Shown in pieces: positions 12,375 to 25,120 of a DNA stretch of 64,000 nucleotides. Position 1 is the stretch's first letter, and each line of letters starts with the position of its first letter. The translations under genes were made by a program, and so were the position numbers. Below the pieces are notes generated by a model, which saw only the letters and a program-made list of their open reading frames with translations, had not been told where the DNA came from and did not search any database. This DNA comes from Gracilinanus agilis (lineage: Eukaryota), in assembly GCF_016433145.1 (NCBI RefSeq), contig NC_058131.1, forward strand, positions 159,879,514 to 159,943,513. Direction: 5' to 3'.

Positions 12375-13389
12375 GTAAGCAAGAGTTAGTCTCTGGGGCC
12401 ACTGAGGACAAGGAACTTAACTGCTTACTATGTGCCGTAGTAAACAAGTGGAAATGAGGTTACCTTCTAGCTACGCTCGTAGCTACTCTTTTGTTGTTGT
12501 TCAGTCATTTCAGTCACAATTGAATCTTCGTGGCTCCATTTGGAGTTTTCTTGGCAAAGACACTGGAGTGGTTTGCCATTTCCTTCTCCAGCTCATTTTT
12601 GGGAAAACCAAGGCAACCAGGATTGAATGATTTGCTCAACTAGTAAGTATCAGAGGCTGGATTTGATCTCAGGGAGAGGAGTCTTCCTGACTCCAGGCCA
12701 GGCACTCTATCCTAGATCTAGTTCACCTAGCTGTTCCATGTACTGTACTTTGTACCCATAGTTTATATCTACAGTACCCATTTAGGTATATGTTATCTCC
12801 TCTCCTGAGGTCAGGGACTGTTTACACTTCTTTCTTTGTATCTCCTCCATTAGCTCAGTGCCTGGTACAATAATAAATGCTTGGTGCTTGTTGACTGATG
12901 AATATATCTAAGCATATATATGATATACAGCTAACATTTCTGTAGCAATTACTGTGTGCCAGGTACTATGCTAAACACTTTATAATTATTATCTCATTCG
13001 ATCCTTATAACAACCCTTGGAGGTAAATGCTAATATGATCCCCATTTTATAGATGAAAAACTGAGGCAAACAGATTTATGTAACTTACCCAGGATCACAC
13101 AGCTAGTAAGTGTTTGAGGCCGGATTTGAACTTGGGTCTTCCTGACTCCCAGTCCAGTCCTCTATCCACTGTACTCCCCAGATGCCCAAGTAAATACCAT
13201 GTAGTTTATGGAGGAAAGGTAATGGGAAGCTGGAACGATCAAGAAAGGCTTTATATAAAAGGCAGTGTTTGAGTTGGGTCTTGATTAGAGACCTCATAGG
13301 GTCTTGGTTGGCCTCTATCCATTAAGCTTTCCCTTATAAAGTTCGTCTGCTTGTACTTCATACTATAGTCACACAACCAGTCAGCAACC

Positions 13390-13990
13390 GATCTGAAAAA
13401 GATATAAGGAATTTAGTGAATTGCTAGGAACTTGGTAATGTGATGTGATGTGATAGCAATGTGATCATGGAAGCCAAAACATCCATCACAATCCTGAACT
13501 GGTATCCAGTGCAAGAGAGGTCACAATCCTACTGTAGCTGACCCCATTCAGAACATATTTAGGATATCATGTTCTCTTCTGAGCACTACAGTGTGGGAGG
13601 GACACTATTGGCTAGAGCAAAGACAGAAAAGGGGACCAGGATGACAAGAGCATGTCCTACAAGGATTGGTTGAATGAACTGGGGGGTGTTGAGAAGAGAA
13701 TACTTTAGGAAAGACATGATAGTTATCTTGAGGATTTGAAGGGCTCATATAGAAGAGGGATTCAATTTATCCTGTTTATGTCAAGCGGTGGAGAGCTAGA
13801 ATCAGAGGGTAGAAGTGGCCGAGAGGCGGATTTGAGCACAATAGAAAGAACAATTCACTCATAATCATCTGTCTCAAAAATTGAATGGGCGTACTTCAGA
13901 AGACAGTAAATTTTACTTTTACTGGAGACCTTCAAGTAGATCCTGACTGTCCATTTGTTAAGGATGTGTGGAGATAGTTCATCCACCAGG
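13390..13990 (+). mobile_element. CR1/L3 LINE 3' fragment in intron 5
   Basis: CR1-like motifs (aatcctactgtagc..., aaggattggttgaatgaactgggg..., aattgaatggg..., ctggagaccttcaagtag). Confidence 0.6.
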
Positions 13991-14156
13991 CAAAATGACC
14001 AGCTTCATTTCATGATAACACTGTTAAAGTATGCAAACCAAGTTCTATAAAGCTGTGTACCCTGCCCCACTTCCACTTCTCCCTTGTAATATTTATAACA
14101 CTGCTCCTTGGGAGCCCTACTATTCTTGTTTGTATGTTATGGGAAACGAAATAATT

Positions 14157-14400
14157 GGGGCAGCTAGCTGGCTCAGTGGATACAGCGCTAGACCTAAAGT
14201 CAGAAAGACCTGAATTCAGATCTAGCCTCAGAAACTTGTAAGCTCTGGGCAAGTTACTTAACTCTGTTTGCCTTAATCCACTAGAGAAGGAAATGGAAAA
14301 CCACTCCAGTATCTTTGCCAAGAAAACCTCATGGACAGCATTGGCATGACATGGTTGATGGGGTCACAAAGAGTCAGACACAACTGAACAACAACAACAA
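14157..14400 (+). mobile_element. MAR1-like CORE-SINE with RTE-type tail
   Basis: tRNA-like head plus gagaaggaaatggaaaaccactccagtatctttgccaagaaaac...gagtcagacacaactgaacaacaac. Confidence 0.8.
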
Positions 14401-14659
14401 TTAATGAGAAGCAATTATGGAGAGGTTGACAGGGAGCTGGCCTCAGTCAGGATAACCCGAGTTCAAGTCCCTCTTTCATCACACATTGGCTAAGTGATCC
14501 TGGATAAATTGCTGAACCTCTAGGCAACTCTCTACGACTATAAGCAGGGCAGTCTCTTATCTGCATTAGTAGAAGAAGTTTGCTCACTGGGATTTCCCTA
14601 GAATGATGAAATCACTGATCTAAATGAAATAATGATGATAAGAATGACTTTATTTTTTT

Positions 14660-14835
14660 TAAACCCTTAACTTCTGTGTATTGGCTTCTAGATGGAAGAA
14701 TGGTAAGGGTGGGCAATGGGGGTCAAGTGACTTGCCCAGGGTCACACAGCTGGGAAATGTCTGAGGCCAGATTTGAACCTAGGACCTCCCATCTCTAGAC
14801 CTGGCTCTCAATCCACTGAGCTACCCAGCTGCCCC
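14660..14835 (-). mobile_element. SINE1_Mdo-like SINE
   Basis: aaacccttaacttctgtgtattggc...cagggtcacacagctggg...ctgagctacccagctgcccc. Confidence 0.85.
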
Positions 14836-16024
14836 TAAGAATGACTTTAAATGGGATCTCTCCATTGGGCAGCTAGGTGGTATAGTGGATAGAGTACCTA
14901 ATCTGAAATTAAGAAGGTTCCTCTAGGTTCAAATTTGGCTTCAGACACTCACTAGCTGTATGACCCTGGGCAGGTCATTTGTTCCTGTTTGCCTCAGTTT
15001 CCTCATCTGTAAAATGAGCTGGAGAAGGAAATGGCAAACCACCAAGAAAACCTCAAATGGGGTCAGGAACAGTCAGACACAACTGAAATGAATGAAGAAC
15101 AATACCTATACTCTCCTTAGTGTAGCCTTTTGGAGTCCTTAAATCAGAACTGAGCTCATGGTTGAAACTCAATACCCACAGAGGAAACAAAGAAGGGAAA
15201 AAGGGATGACTGTATGAATAACTGAACAAACAGATGCTAGAGGGGGAAGGGAAGGGAACAAGCTTTTTTTTAAGCGCCTACTCTGTGCTAGGCACTGTGC
15301 TAAGTGCTTTACAAATGTTAACTCATTTGGTATTCCCAACAACCCAGAGAGGTGGGTGCTATTATTAGCCTCACTTTGCAGTTGAGATAACTGAAGCAGA
15401 GATCAAGTGACTTGCCCAGGGTCTCACAGTTAGTCTTAGGTGGGATTTGAGGTCAGTTCTTCCTGACTCTCTCCATTGCTCCAATAGTTGTTGATCTTGT
15501 TTGGGATGAATATGAAAGGTTGACCCAGAAGTCAGTGGGAAATGATTAGTTTTTGGCTATTGGGCAGAACATTTTGGAACTTTTGGGCTGCCTTGACTTG
15601 TAGTTAGTTGCTGTTTACTGGTGGGTATCATTTGGAGAGGACAGTTGGCAAGGAGGCAGCCCTAGCACAGTGGAAAGATGGCTGGCTGTGGAGTCTTTGG
15701 ACTTGGGATTAAGTCTTGGCTCTGCTGCTTCATTATCTGTGACCTTGAGGTGACCACTGAATCTCCCTCAGTTTCATTTTCCTCATTTCTAAAATAGAGG
15801 GGAGGGAGGCCAGGGTAATACTAGGCATTTGCCTCCTTCAACAGGGCTATTATTCTAAGGATCAAATGAGAAAATCAATGTCAGTCTTTCCTTAGACTAG
15901 AAAATAATATGTAAACAGAACCTTTGTGAGGCATGGCAAGAGTGGAGGCCTCTTTGCCGAGATTATTGAGATCCCTTTAACCATGTTTCTCATCATTAAT
16001 CGGCAAAGATTTATTTATTTTTTT

Positions 16025-16200
16025 AAACTCTTACCTCTTGTCCTGAAATCGATACTGGTTATCGAGAGACGAACAGTAAGGGCTGGACAATGGGGATTAA
16101 GTGACTTGCCCAGGGTCTCACAGCTAGGAAGTGTCTGAGGTCTCATTTGAACCTAGAACTTCCCAACTCCTGGTCTGGCTCTCTATTTGCTGAGCTGCCT
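16025..16200 (-). mobile_element. SINE1_Mdo-like SINE
   Basis: Same family on the minus strand, about 460 bp upstream of exon 6. Confidence 0.75.
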
Positions 16201-16289
16201 TGACAATGATCTTGAAGAAAAGAAGCTCCCTCCCTATGAGTACATCCCTCTGAGAGTCATAAAGGGCTTTAGAAATGTAGGGTGCCTAG

Positions 16290-16461
16290 TGTAAATATTA
16301 ATAATATGGAAATAGGTCTTGATCAATGACACATGTAAAACTCAGTGGAACTGAGTTGGCTACAGGAGAGGGTTGGGAGAAGAGGAGGGAAAGAACATGA
16401 ATCATGGAATCATGGGAAAAAATTCTAAATTAATTAATCCATTAAACTTAAAAATAAAAAA
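16290..16461 (+). mobile_element. L1 3' end fragment with degenerate TSD
   Basis: ggaaataggtcttgatcaatgacacatgtaaaac...aacatgaatcatg...A tail; flanks agaaatgtagggtgc / agaaacatagggtgc. Confidence 0.7.
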
Positions 16462-16657
16462 AGAAACATAGGGTGCTCTGATCACCTCCTCCTTTCCCTT
16501 ACTCCTCCACCAGGCTTACTGTTTACCTTCATCCTTTGGGCAGGGTGAGATTAGGACCAAAGCCTTTGTCCTCCTAGCCTTGACCCCCCACCCCCAGGCT
16601 GAGTTCTTTGACCAGCTACTAAGTTCTTTGTTTTTATGCCTGCTGTTTTCTCTGCAG

Positions 16658-16822
16658 TGGGGGAGCCTACCCCTACCCCTGTCCCATGGGAAGACCCCAG
16701 TTCCCCAAGGTCCTGCAGCCGCTGCTACCGTGGACTCTTCAACACCCACTGGGGTTGCCCTCATTGCTGTTACAGGCTCTGTTTGGCCTGTGGTCGTGTT
16801 GGGAGGGCCAGGGACACCACAG
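16658..16822 (+). CDS. HR: HR exon 6 (C6-type zinc finger)
   Basis: [26 protein letters not shown]; 165 nt; tgcag| and G|GTATGG. Confidence 0.95.
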
Positions 16823-17098
16823 GTATGGAACCTATGCTTGTATGGGAATCCAGAAGGAGGAGGAATGGGAAGACGGGGTCTGGGCCAAGCTTAAGCCTCT
16901 TCTCCTGCGCTAGCTCCCATGTAACACCGTCTGAGCTAGCTACAGACAGACAGACAACCCTATCAGGAAACGAGTCTGTGACTATGCCCTGCTCAACCTT
17001 CCCCTCTAGTGCATTTTTGCTCTGTAAGAGCTTACTTTTATGATCTTTGTTCCTTTTTGCTCCTTTGACCTCTAAGCTCTCTGTTCCCACTCCAGCAG

Positions 17099-17188
17099 GC
17101 CCTCAGGAGCAGCCCCGGGAGGGATGTGCCCACAGCACTGGGCATATCGCCCACGCTCTGACGTTGACCCAGTTTGTCCCCAGCCAGG
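17099..17188 (+). CDS. HR: HR exon 7 (alternative acceptor at 17096 adds Ala)
   Basis: GPQEQ...LTLTQFVPSQ; tandem CAGCAG acceptor; G|GTAAGC. Confidence 0.9.
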
Positions 17189-17425
17189 GTAAGCCAATGG
17201 GGGTTCCAGGTTTTTGTGACAGGAGCCAGAGGGACCCTCGCTAGATTTCAGGAGGAGGACTCCTCTCCCTCTGCCTCCCAAACTGCTCTTTGATCCTTGG
17301 TACCTCCCGGTTTTCAAGTCTGGGCTGGGAGGAATAAGAAAAGGGGTGGTTCTCTTGCTAGCCCTGTAGATCTTCCTTCTTCCCAATCTCGAGAGGTGAC
17401 TTCCCTCCTTTCCTTCCTCCCTCAG

Positions 17426-17541
17426 CCCTGGCCGAGGTGAGCACCAAGATGCATCAAGTCCGGGCCAAGTTTGACATCCGAGGGCACTGCCCTTGCCAAG
17501 CTGATGCTCGAGTGTGGGCTCCTGGGGAGAGAGGCCAAAAG
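17426..17541 (+). CDS. HR: HR exon 8
   Basis: [33 protein letters not shown]; 116 nt; AAG|GTAAGA. Confidence 0.95.
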
Positions 17542-17896
17542 GTAAGAGCTGAGAGAAGGAAATAGGGATGATTTGGGACAGCCCAAGGGACCTTGGAGTG
17601 GAACTGGGGCAGACTATTCTGGATCTCGAAACTTTTTAACTAGTTTTCTTGGCAGTTGGCACCATGTTGTATGAATTCCCTCTAGGTGCCATCAGTTTTC
17701 ATGGGAGATGGTGATAAGGGCTGGGTGAAAAATGGGCTTTTTTCCCCACATTCTGACCTGGGTTTGGGAGCATTTGGTGGGGGAAGGAAGGATTCATGAA
17801 AGAAATTTTTCCTCATACCTCACACCTCCCTGATCACCTCATTGCTCACTTCTAAGGTTTTGGTTGGGTTGGGGGTGGGTGGGGTGGCTTTGACAG

Positions 17897-17975
17897 AAAG
17901 AGCCAACGGAGAAAACTCCAGCCCCACAACCCTCTTGCAATGACGATGCCCACCGAACCAAGGAAATGAAAGAAG
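17897..17975 (+). CDS. HR: HR exon 9
   Basis: KEPTEKTPAPQPSCNDDAHRTKEMKE; 79 nt; G|GTGAGC. Confidence 0.88.
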
Positions 17976-18255
17976 GTGAGCTCCCCTTCCATCGACTCCA
18001 GAGCTGGTGGGAGAGCCCTGGGTGTGTGCTGGGGGGTGTTGAGGAGAGGACTTTCCCCTAACTGGAGCTCTAGACCTTGAGAGGTCTGTGAGGCCCACAG
18101 AGAGATAGAAGAGGGGGCACAGATATGATAGAGCCACTTTGGGGTGAATTGAGGAGGTTCCTGAGTACTTTTATAGTGTGTTTCTGCATCACTGTGCTCG
18201 TGGGCTGGTGTGACATTCTTGTGGGCCCCTATAGTCCTAGTCTCTATTTCTACAG

Positions 18256-18419
18256 AGGCCACAGACTCCACTGAACCTCCGGGAGAAGCCCAAGGAGGCC
18301 GGGGATCCTTGCCCTGCCCCTCGCTCTGTGAACTTCTGGCCTCCACTGCTGTCAAGCTCTGCCTGGGCCATGAGCGCATCCACATGGCCTTTGCCCCTGT
18401 GACCCCAGCCCTGCCCAAT
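18256..18419 (+). CDS. HR: HR exon 10
   Basis: [36 protein letters not shown] (LxxLL intact); 164 nt. Confidence 0.95.
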
Positions 18420-18650
18420 GTGAGTGCCCGAGGGAAGGTCTCAGGCCTTGGGGGACCAGTAGGGGTAGCCATGGGCTCCGTCAGGTCTGTCTCAACTATT
18501 TGGCTCCATGTTGACAGAAGCTCTGCCTTATCTAAACTTAGCCAGAGCTAAGCACAGGGTAGGTGCTTAGTAGAAGTTGTTAGCATTCCGTCAAGGCAGA
18601 GGAGGGTAGCAGAAGAGGAAACGTGTTGACCCACACTCCCTGGTCTGCAG

Positions 18651-18869
18651 GATGACCGAATCACCAACATCCTGGACAGCATCATCGCGCAGGTGGTGGA
18701 GAGGAAGATTCAGGAGAAGGCGCTAGGGCCAGGGCTCCACAAGGGACTCGGCCTGTCCAGCCCTGCTACTCCACGTGGGCTGCCTTCTCGGGGGGCTCTG
18801 CTGTGGCTTCAGGAACCCCAACCCCGACACAACTTCCACCTCTTCCAGGAACACTGGAGACAGGGCCAG
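18651..18869 (+). CDS. HR: HR exon 11
   Basis: [23 protein letters not shown]...[12 protein letters not shown]; 219 nt. Confidence 0.95.
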
Positions 18870-19096
18870 GTGAGGGTTTACTCTTGGCCACCTTCCCCCA
18901 GCTGCCCCAAGTTCCTTTTTTCCTAAGCCCTGCCTATCTCCTTATAGACAAGGGAGACCCCGTTCCAAATTGGGCTTTCTCCTTAGTTCCCTACAAGTAA
19001 GCTCATATAACCTCCTTCCCTGAGCCCAAACTCCGACCTCTTCTTGGATCCATTCTCCTTTCCTGGTCTCTCTCTCCCTAATTCTCCCCACTGTAG

Positions 19097-19262
19097 CCTG
19101 TGCTGGTATCTGGACTGCAGAGAACCCTGCAAAGCAGCCTCTGGGGTCCGGAAGCCCTTGGGGCACTGGGAGGGAAGGTGCAGGCCCTGAGTCTCCTCGG
19201 GCCTCCTCGGCCTACAGACCTGAGCAGCACTGCTTTCTGGAAGGGTTTCTCCCGGCCAGAGG
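19097..19262 (+). CDS. HR: HR exon 12
   Basis: [26 protein letters not shown]...FWKGFSRPE; 166 nt. Confidence 0.95.
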
Positions 19263-19544
19263 GTGAGTATCTCTGGATGGCTCAAAGGGAGAAGAGGGAG
19301 GACAGAGCCCTGGAGATGGGGATAAGAATTCAGATGAGGAGAGGATATAGTGGAGAGGCCCCTGGATTTGTCAGAAAAGACCTTTGTTTGAATCCTGCCC
19401 TTGACATTTCCTTGCTATGGGACTTTGGCAGTCACCTGACTTCTCTGAAGCTTCAAGTCCTCATATGCCAAATGGGATGAATAGGGACAAATTATGCCAA
19501 ATCTGTCAGATTTCTCTGTTCATAGAAGTTGAGTGGCTGGGCCT

Positions 19545-19743
19545 GGACCAGCTAGGTAGCACAGTGGAGAGAGCATCTGGTCTGGAATCTGGAGGACCAG
19601 GGTTCAAATCTGGCCTCAGATTCTTCCTACCTATGTAACCCTGGGCAAGTCACTTAACCCTGATTGTCTAGTATCCTTGTAGCTTTTCTGTCTTAGAACT
19701 GATACTAAGACAGAAGATAAGGATTTAAAAAAAAAAAAAAAAA
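19545..19743 (+). mobile_element. SINE1_Mdo-like SINE in intron 12
   Basis: cagctaggtagcacagtgg...ggttcaaatctggcctcaga...taagacagaagataaggattt plus poly(A). Confidence 0.8.
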
Positions 19744-20725
19744 GAATGGTAGGGCCTGATCAATACTTGGATGGGAAAACCACTTGGGAATATCAGGTGC
19801 TGTAGATCAAGAGAGAAGCATTTTGGTAGAATGGGTGGAGAGTTGATTGGCCTCAGAATCAACAAGACCCAGGCTCTAGTCCTGCTTCTGACAAAAATAC
19901 TGGCTGTGTGACCCTGGACCAGTCCTTTAACTTCCCAGTATCCTAGGCAACTCTCTAAGACTCCAGGTTGTAGAATAGTTCCAGACTTTGTTGGCAGAGA
20001 GAATTCCCTTTTAGGGTGGTCATGAGGAAGATGCTTTGTTAATATGAAGCATTCTATAAATGGGAACTATCTTCAGTGATGAGGGGAATAGGAAAGGGGG
20101 GATACCTAAGGATAGGATGGATTTTTTGAAACCAAGGCAGAGGGAAGGGGGGAAATGAGGAGCAAAGAAAGGGATGGGAGCAGAGAGAAAGAGAGACACA
20201 CTGAGACAGAGAGACAGANNNNNNNNNNNNNNNNNNNNNNNNNNNNNNNNNNNNNNNNNNNNNNNNNNNNNNNNNNNNNNNNNNNNNNNNNNNNNNNNNN
20301 NNNNNNNNNNNNNNNNNNNNNNNNNNNNNNNNNNNNNNNNNNNNNNNNNNNNNNNNNNGAGTGGGGCACAGAGAGGGAGAGACTAGAAATCATGCTGTCC
20401 TCCCTTAAAAAAAAGATCCCACACTAATCCATTTTGGAAATAATAATGATTTGATGACAAACCAAAACTGTTACACAGTGGTCATAGTGTCAAAGGTCTT
20501 TTAAATTTAACAACATGGAGAAGTTATTATTGCTATCTGTTTAATAGGCTTTAAAGATATTGGTAAGATTTATTTCTGAACCAAAGTTAACTCACTGGTA
20601 ACTTTAAAAAAACAACCCACCATTTTGCATGAGGGTACATAAATTGAGCATTGCAGATACATTACTTACACAGTGAATGAATAGTCCCACTTCCCAAGGC
20701 TAATAGCTTCTTTCTCTTCCCTCAG

Positions 20726-20795
20726 CTCGTCCAAAGCTAGACAGTGGGTCCCTCCTCCTTTTGCATAGAAATCTAGGCGAGCCAGAGGCCAGCAG
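20726..20795 (+). CDS. HR: HR exon 13
   Basis: RPKLDSGSLLLLHRNLGEPEAS; 70 nt. Confidence 0.9.
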
Positions 20796-21004
20796 GTGTG
20801 TATTTGTAGGGAACTCAGTTTTGCCTCTCTTCCACCCTCCCCTGTATTGGCCCTTGCCTGTCTTTTTCTCCTCCTGGACCTTTCTGCCTCTCCCTTATTC
20901 TCAGACTTGGCTTTCTGGGAGCCTACATAGGGTCTCTTGGAAGCAACAATGCTTAGGAGAAAAGTGATGGGTGTGATGAGTCCCTTCTTCTCCCCCCTCT
21001 ACAG

Positions 21005-21135
21005 ATCAGAGAACCTGGCTGCCAGCCTGCCACTCCCAGAATATTGTACCAGCCATGGGAAACTCAACCTGGCCTCCTACCTCCCTCCCATCCCTACCCT
21101 CTGCCGGTTGGAGCCACAACTCTGTGCCTCTTATG
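21005..21135 (+). CDS. HR: HR exon 14 (JmjC start)
   Basis: [26 protein letters not shown]; 131 nt. Confidence 0.95.
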
Positions 21136-21448
21136 GTGAGTCTCTAGGCTCTCTGCCCACAGTCTCTCCTGGTCACAGCCTTTTCCTCATGCCCTATAGC
21201 CCTTCATGCCCACTCAGGACCATCTGCAACTGTGTCCGTAAGCTTTAGTCCCAGGCCTTGATGGGTACTCAAGCCTGGGTTCTGGCAAACTCAGCAATTG
21301 TAGTTTTCACACTCACGATTTCTCTGTGCCCATGTTCCCATGCCCACCACAGTTAAAGGTCTAACTCCAGCCCCATTTCCCTGGGTCAGGTGCCACAGCC
21401 TGGAATTGCCCTGTGCTCTTAACCTTCGCCCACCCCTCCCCATGCCAG

Positions 21449-21568
21449 GTGTGAGCCCACAGCACGGGCACCTGGGGACCAAGAATCTGTGTGTGGAGGT
21501 AACAGACCTCATCAGTGTCCTGGTCCACGCAGAAGCACCAGTACCTACTTGGCACCGGGCACAGAAAG
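21449..21568 (+). CDS. HR: HR exon 15 (JmjC)
   Basis: [29 protein letters not shown]; 120 nt. Confidence 0.95.
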
Positions 21569-21678
21569 GTATATTTCTGTAGCTGGAGTAGAGTGGAATG
21601 AGGTGGTGGGAGGAAGCAGAGAGGTAAAGGGTGGGATCAGCTCTACCCCAACCCCAACATCCTTTTCTCTTCTCTTAG

Positions 21679-21794
21679 AACTCCTGACATGCCTGGAAGG
21701 TGAGGGACTGTGGTCCCCAGGTAGCCAGGTGGGCGCTGTGTGGCATGTGTTTCGGGCACAGGACGCCCAGCGCATTTGTCGCTTTCTCCAGATG
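21679..21794 (+). CDS. HR: HR exon 16 (JmjC)
   Basis: [34 protein letters not shown]; 116 nt. Confidence 0.95.
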
Positions 21795-24700
21795 GTGAGG
21801 AAGGTGGGATAGGAGCTGAGCAGCCCCTTCCTACTTCACCCCACTCCGAAAAATCTCTCTTTCTGGGTTTCATTCCAAAAGTTTGAAATCTCCTTTCTAG
21901 CCTTACCATCTCTCTTCAATCCACAAATATTTTAAGATACCCAATCCAACAGTCATTGTATCAGCCAGCATTTATTAAGAACCTCCTTGTGCCAGGCACT
22001 GCCCTAGGTGCTGGAAATACAAGACAGAAACGAAACAGTCCCTGCCCTCAAGGAGCCGACGGTTGGTTGGGAAAGACAACGTGTACATGTTTATAGATAA
22101 AAATAAATGCAAAGTAATTTGAAGGGAACAGGAAAAGCTTTATAAGGGGAAACTCGAGCAGGTTTTGCGAGAAACCAGGAATTCTTGGAGACTTGAGAGA
22201 AGAACTCAATGCAGAAGGCACAGATAAAAAAAAAATGAGACAGAACATGTGAGGAACAGCAAGAAGACTGATATATATGAGTTATAGAGTATTTATATGG
22301 ATAATTGCACCTTAAAAAAAGAGTAAGGTATAGTAAGGTCAGAAAGGTAGGTTGAGGTCAGGATGTAAAGAGCTTTAAATGCCAGTCAGACACACACTAA
22401 ACCTGTCTGAGGAACAGACAGTAATACAAGGCAGTGTGTAAGTTGGTGCTCTGTTATGTGGTACTATCAGCATTTAGAGAAGGAGGTCATTGAACACCAG
22501 AGTGTTCTGGAAGATTTTAGAAGGTTTCCTCTAAGGATCTTCTCTTTAATTTTGTCCTCAGTATGTGTGAAGCACTCTAGCTAGTACTCTGAACGAGTTC
22601 TGCCTTCTGTCGGCTGAGAACAAGTTAGGCTGGGCGGCCTTCTCCCAGAGCTCTTGATGAGTTCTTACTTGGGGCAGAGGGAAGGTGTATCTAGAGGGTG
22701 ATGGCAGCCCTACCTCAGAAGTGAGGTGAATGTGAGTATGATGGCACTTCCCTACTGAACCGGGCACTGCATCCTGGAGGAAGTGGTCTTTGAGACATTT
22801 CTAGATAAGGTGACTGTGGGAAACAGCTTAGAGGTCAATCTCAACAATCAAGTAAGATGTGGAAACAGGAGTAGGAGAGAGCCAAGGGAAAGAAAAGGTG
22901 CTTGGGGAAATTGAGAAAGCAAAGGAGCCTGCTTCGGTGCTCAACAAAGGGCTGGCTCTCCTGGGGGAAAAGTCAAAAGGCCTTCTAGACAAACCCTGCA
23001 CATACACTCCTTTCTAGGGCTAATTGCTTCTGGTTCTACCCCTGAGGAAGCTAGCCTCGTCTGGGTAGGGCTGTCTGTGACCTAGGACACCTCTGGGCAG
23101 TCCAGGTTCATGTAACGAGGGAGGCAGAACTCCCTCAGAGGCCCATATCCAGTATAGGGCAGGTCCTTGGTAAACTTGGGACTGTGGCCCAAACTCTAGT
23201 ATAGACCAGAATCTTGAGATTGACAGGAGAAGCAAATTAGTTTCCTTGGAAACTCCAGTACTATATTAGTTTCTCTAGAGTCTCTAAAGACTGTAGGGGC
23301 CACGTGGCACATTCAGGCCCACCAAACCCATCACAGGCTCTTGTTAGGCAAAAAATAGATCTTTTGTGAATGGAGAGGAGAGGATGCAGGGTGGGGAGTG
23401 GAGGGTAGAGAGGGAGGCCTTCATCTAGCCTTTGAGCTGCCTAAAACATTGAATCTATAGGGAATGCAAGAATTTAGAGATACAACTGATAATAAAAATA
23501 AATTATCTGGCATTAGGATCATAGAAGGGGAGGCTGGGAAGGACCCTCAGAAGGCATCTAGTCAAGCTCTCATTTTGCAAATGAGAAAACTCAGACCCAG
23601 ACAGGTTGTATCTGTCCAGTGTCATCTAGATAGTAAACAATGGCATCAGGATTTGAAACCAGGTTATCTGACTCCAAATCCAGCATTTCTGGATGTCTGC
23701 AAAGAGCTCTGTATGTGCCCTCTCATTTGCACCCCATTCCAACAATACAAGAATTATGACCCTTATTTGACAGGAGAGGAAACTGAGGCTTAGGAAAGTA
23801 AGTGACTTGGATATGGTCACCCAGCTTGCACATGTCAGAGGGGGGATTTAAAAGCAGGTTCTTTTGGACTCCCTGTCTAAAACCCCAACTGTTCTTCCTA
23901 GCTGCCTCTCGACAAAGGGAGGCATTTATTACAAGTTGTAGGGAAGAAAACTTTCAACTGGAGGATTCTAATTGGTTTAATTGGGGAGCAATGAAATTTA
24001 ACTCAATTAAGCACCTAATATGGTCCAGGCCCTGGAGATAGGACAGCAAAAATAAACTAGACCCTGCCCTTAGGGAGCTAAGGTTCTATTGACTCAACCA
24101 GTATGGTACAGTACAAGTATTTGCATTCCCCATTATTCTGCTGGAGTCCATGAGGGAGAAAAGAAAGGCATAAAGCAGAGTTCTAGTCCTCCAAGGAATA
24201 TCTAATCACAGATCCCCAACCTGATCCAGCGTCCCATCTCTAATATCCCCAGCAAGAGGTCCCGAGCCTTGGCTTACAGATCTCCAGGGTGGGCCCCTAC
24301 TTCCTTCAAAGGCAACCCACTCTAGCTGAAGTGACAGGGCCCACTAGAGAATGAGGTACAATAAAAATACAAGGCAGTTCCCTAAACCCAAGTGCCATAA
24401 GAGCTCAGAGGAAAAGGGAGGATCCCTATGGCCTTGCCTGAAAGACATGGATCAGAAGTTTAAGAGAGCTAGGTGGTATAGTAGAAAGTACTGATCCTTG
24501 GAGTCAGGAAAACTTGCCCTCAGACACTAGCTGTGTGACCCTGCACAAGTCACTTCACTGCTGTCTGCCTCAGTTTCCCCATCAGTAAAATGGAGATAAT
24601 AATAGCTCTTTTCTTTAAACATGGGTGTAAGGATGAAGTGAATTAACGTATGTAAAGTTATTTATAAGTGCTATTATTAGGAAGGCCTTATAGTCATTGC

Positions 24701-25120
24701 CATGAAAGAATAAGGGATTTAAACCAAGGACGTTCCCTATCCTTACCCAGTTTCTGAGTTTTTAATCCCTCCTTCCTTTTTCCTCAGTTTCATTCTCTCA
24801 CATTTTCTGAGCCTATCAACCTGGGCAACCCTCAGTCCTTCAGACTCCCTCTACATCTTGGGCAGGCTCAGGAGATATTGCTTGTCCCCGTCTCCTTTCT
24901 CTTTCAATCTCAGACTCCTTACTATAACCTGAGTGACCAAGTCCTCCAAAGGATCTAGCCTTTGGTAAAATCTATGTTCACAGCATCCTCCTAGCAGCCC
25001 GGGGCCTTTGTCAGTGGGGGGAGGTTGGGTAGGGGAGGAGGCAATAGATTCCTGTGAGCCTCGGATTCTCTGAGGTCCCTTTGACCTCTAACTGTAGGAG
25101 CCTCTGACTTTCCTTGCTAG

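Noticed and set aside
14157-14230. tRNA-like A/B-box sequences (many copies)
   Set aside because: Heads of tRNA-derived SINEs, not tRNA genes
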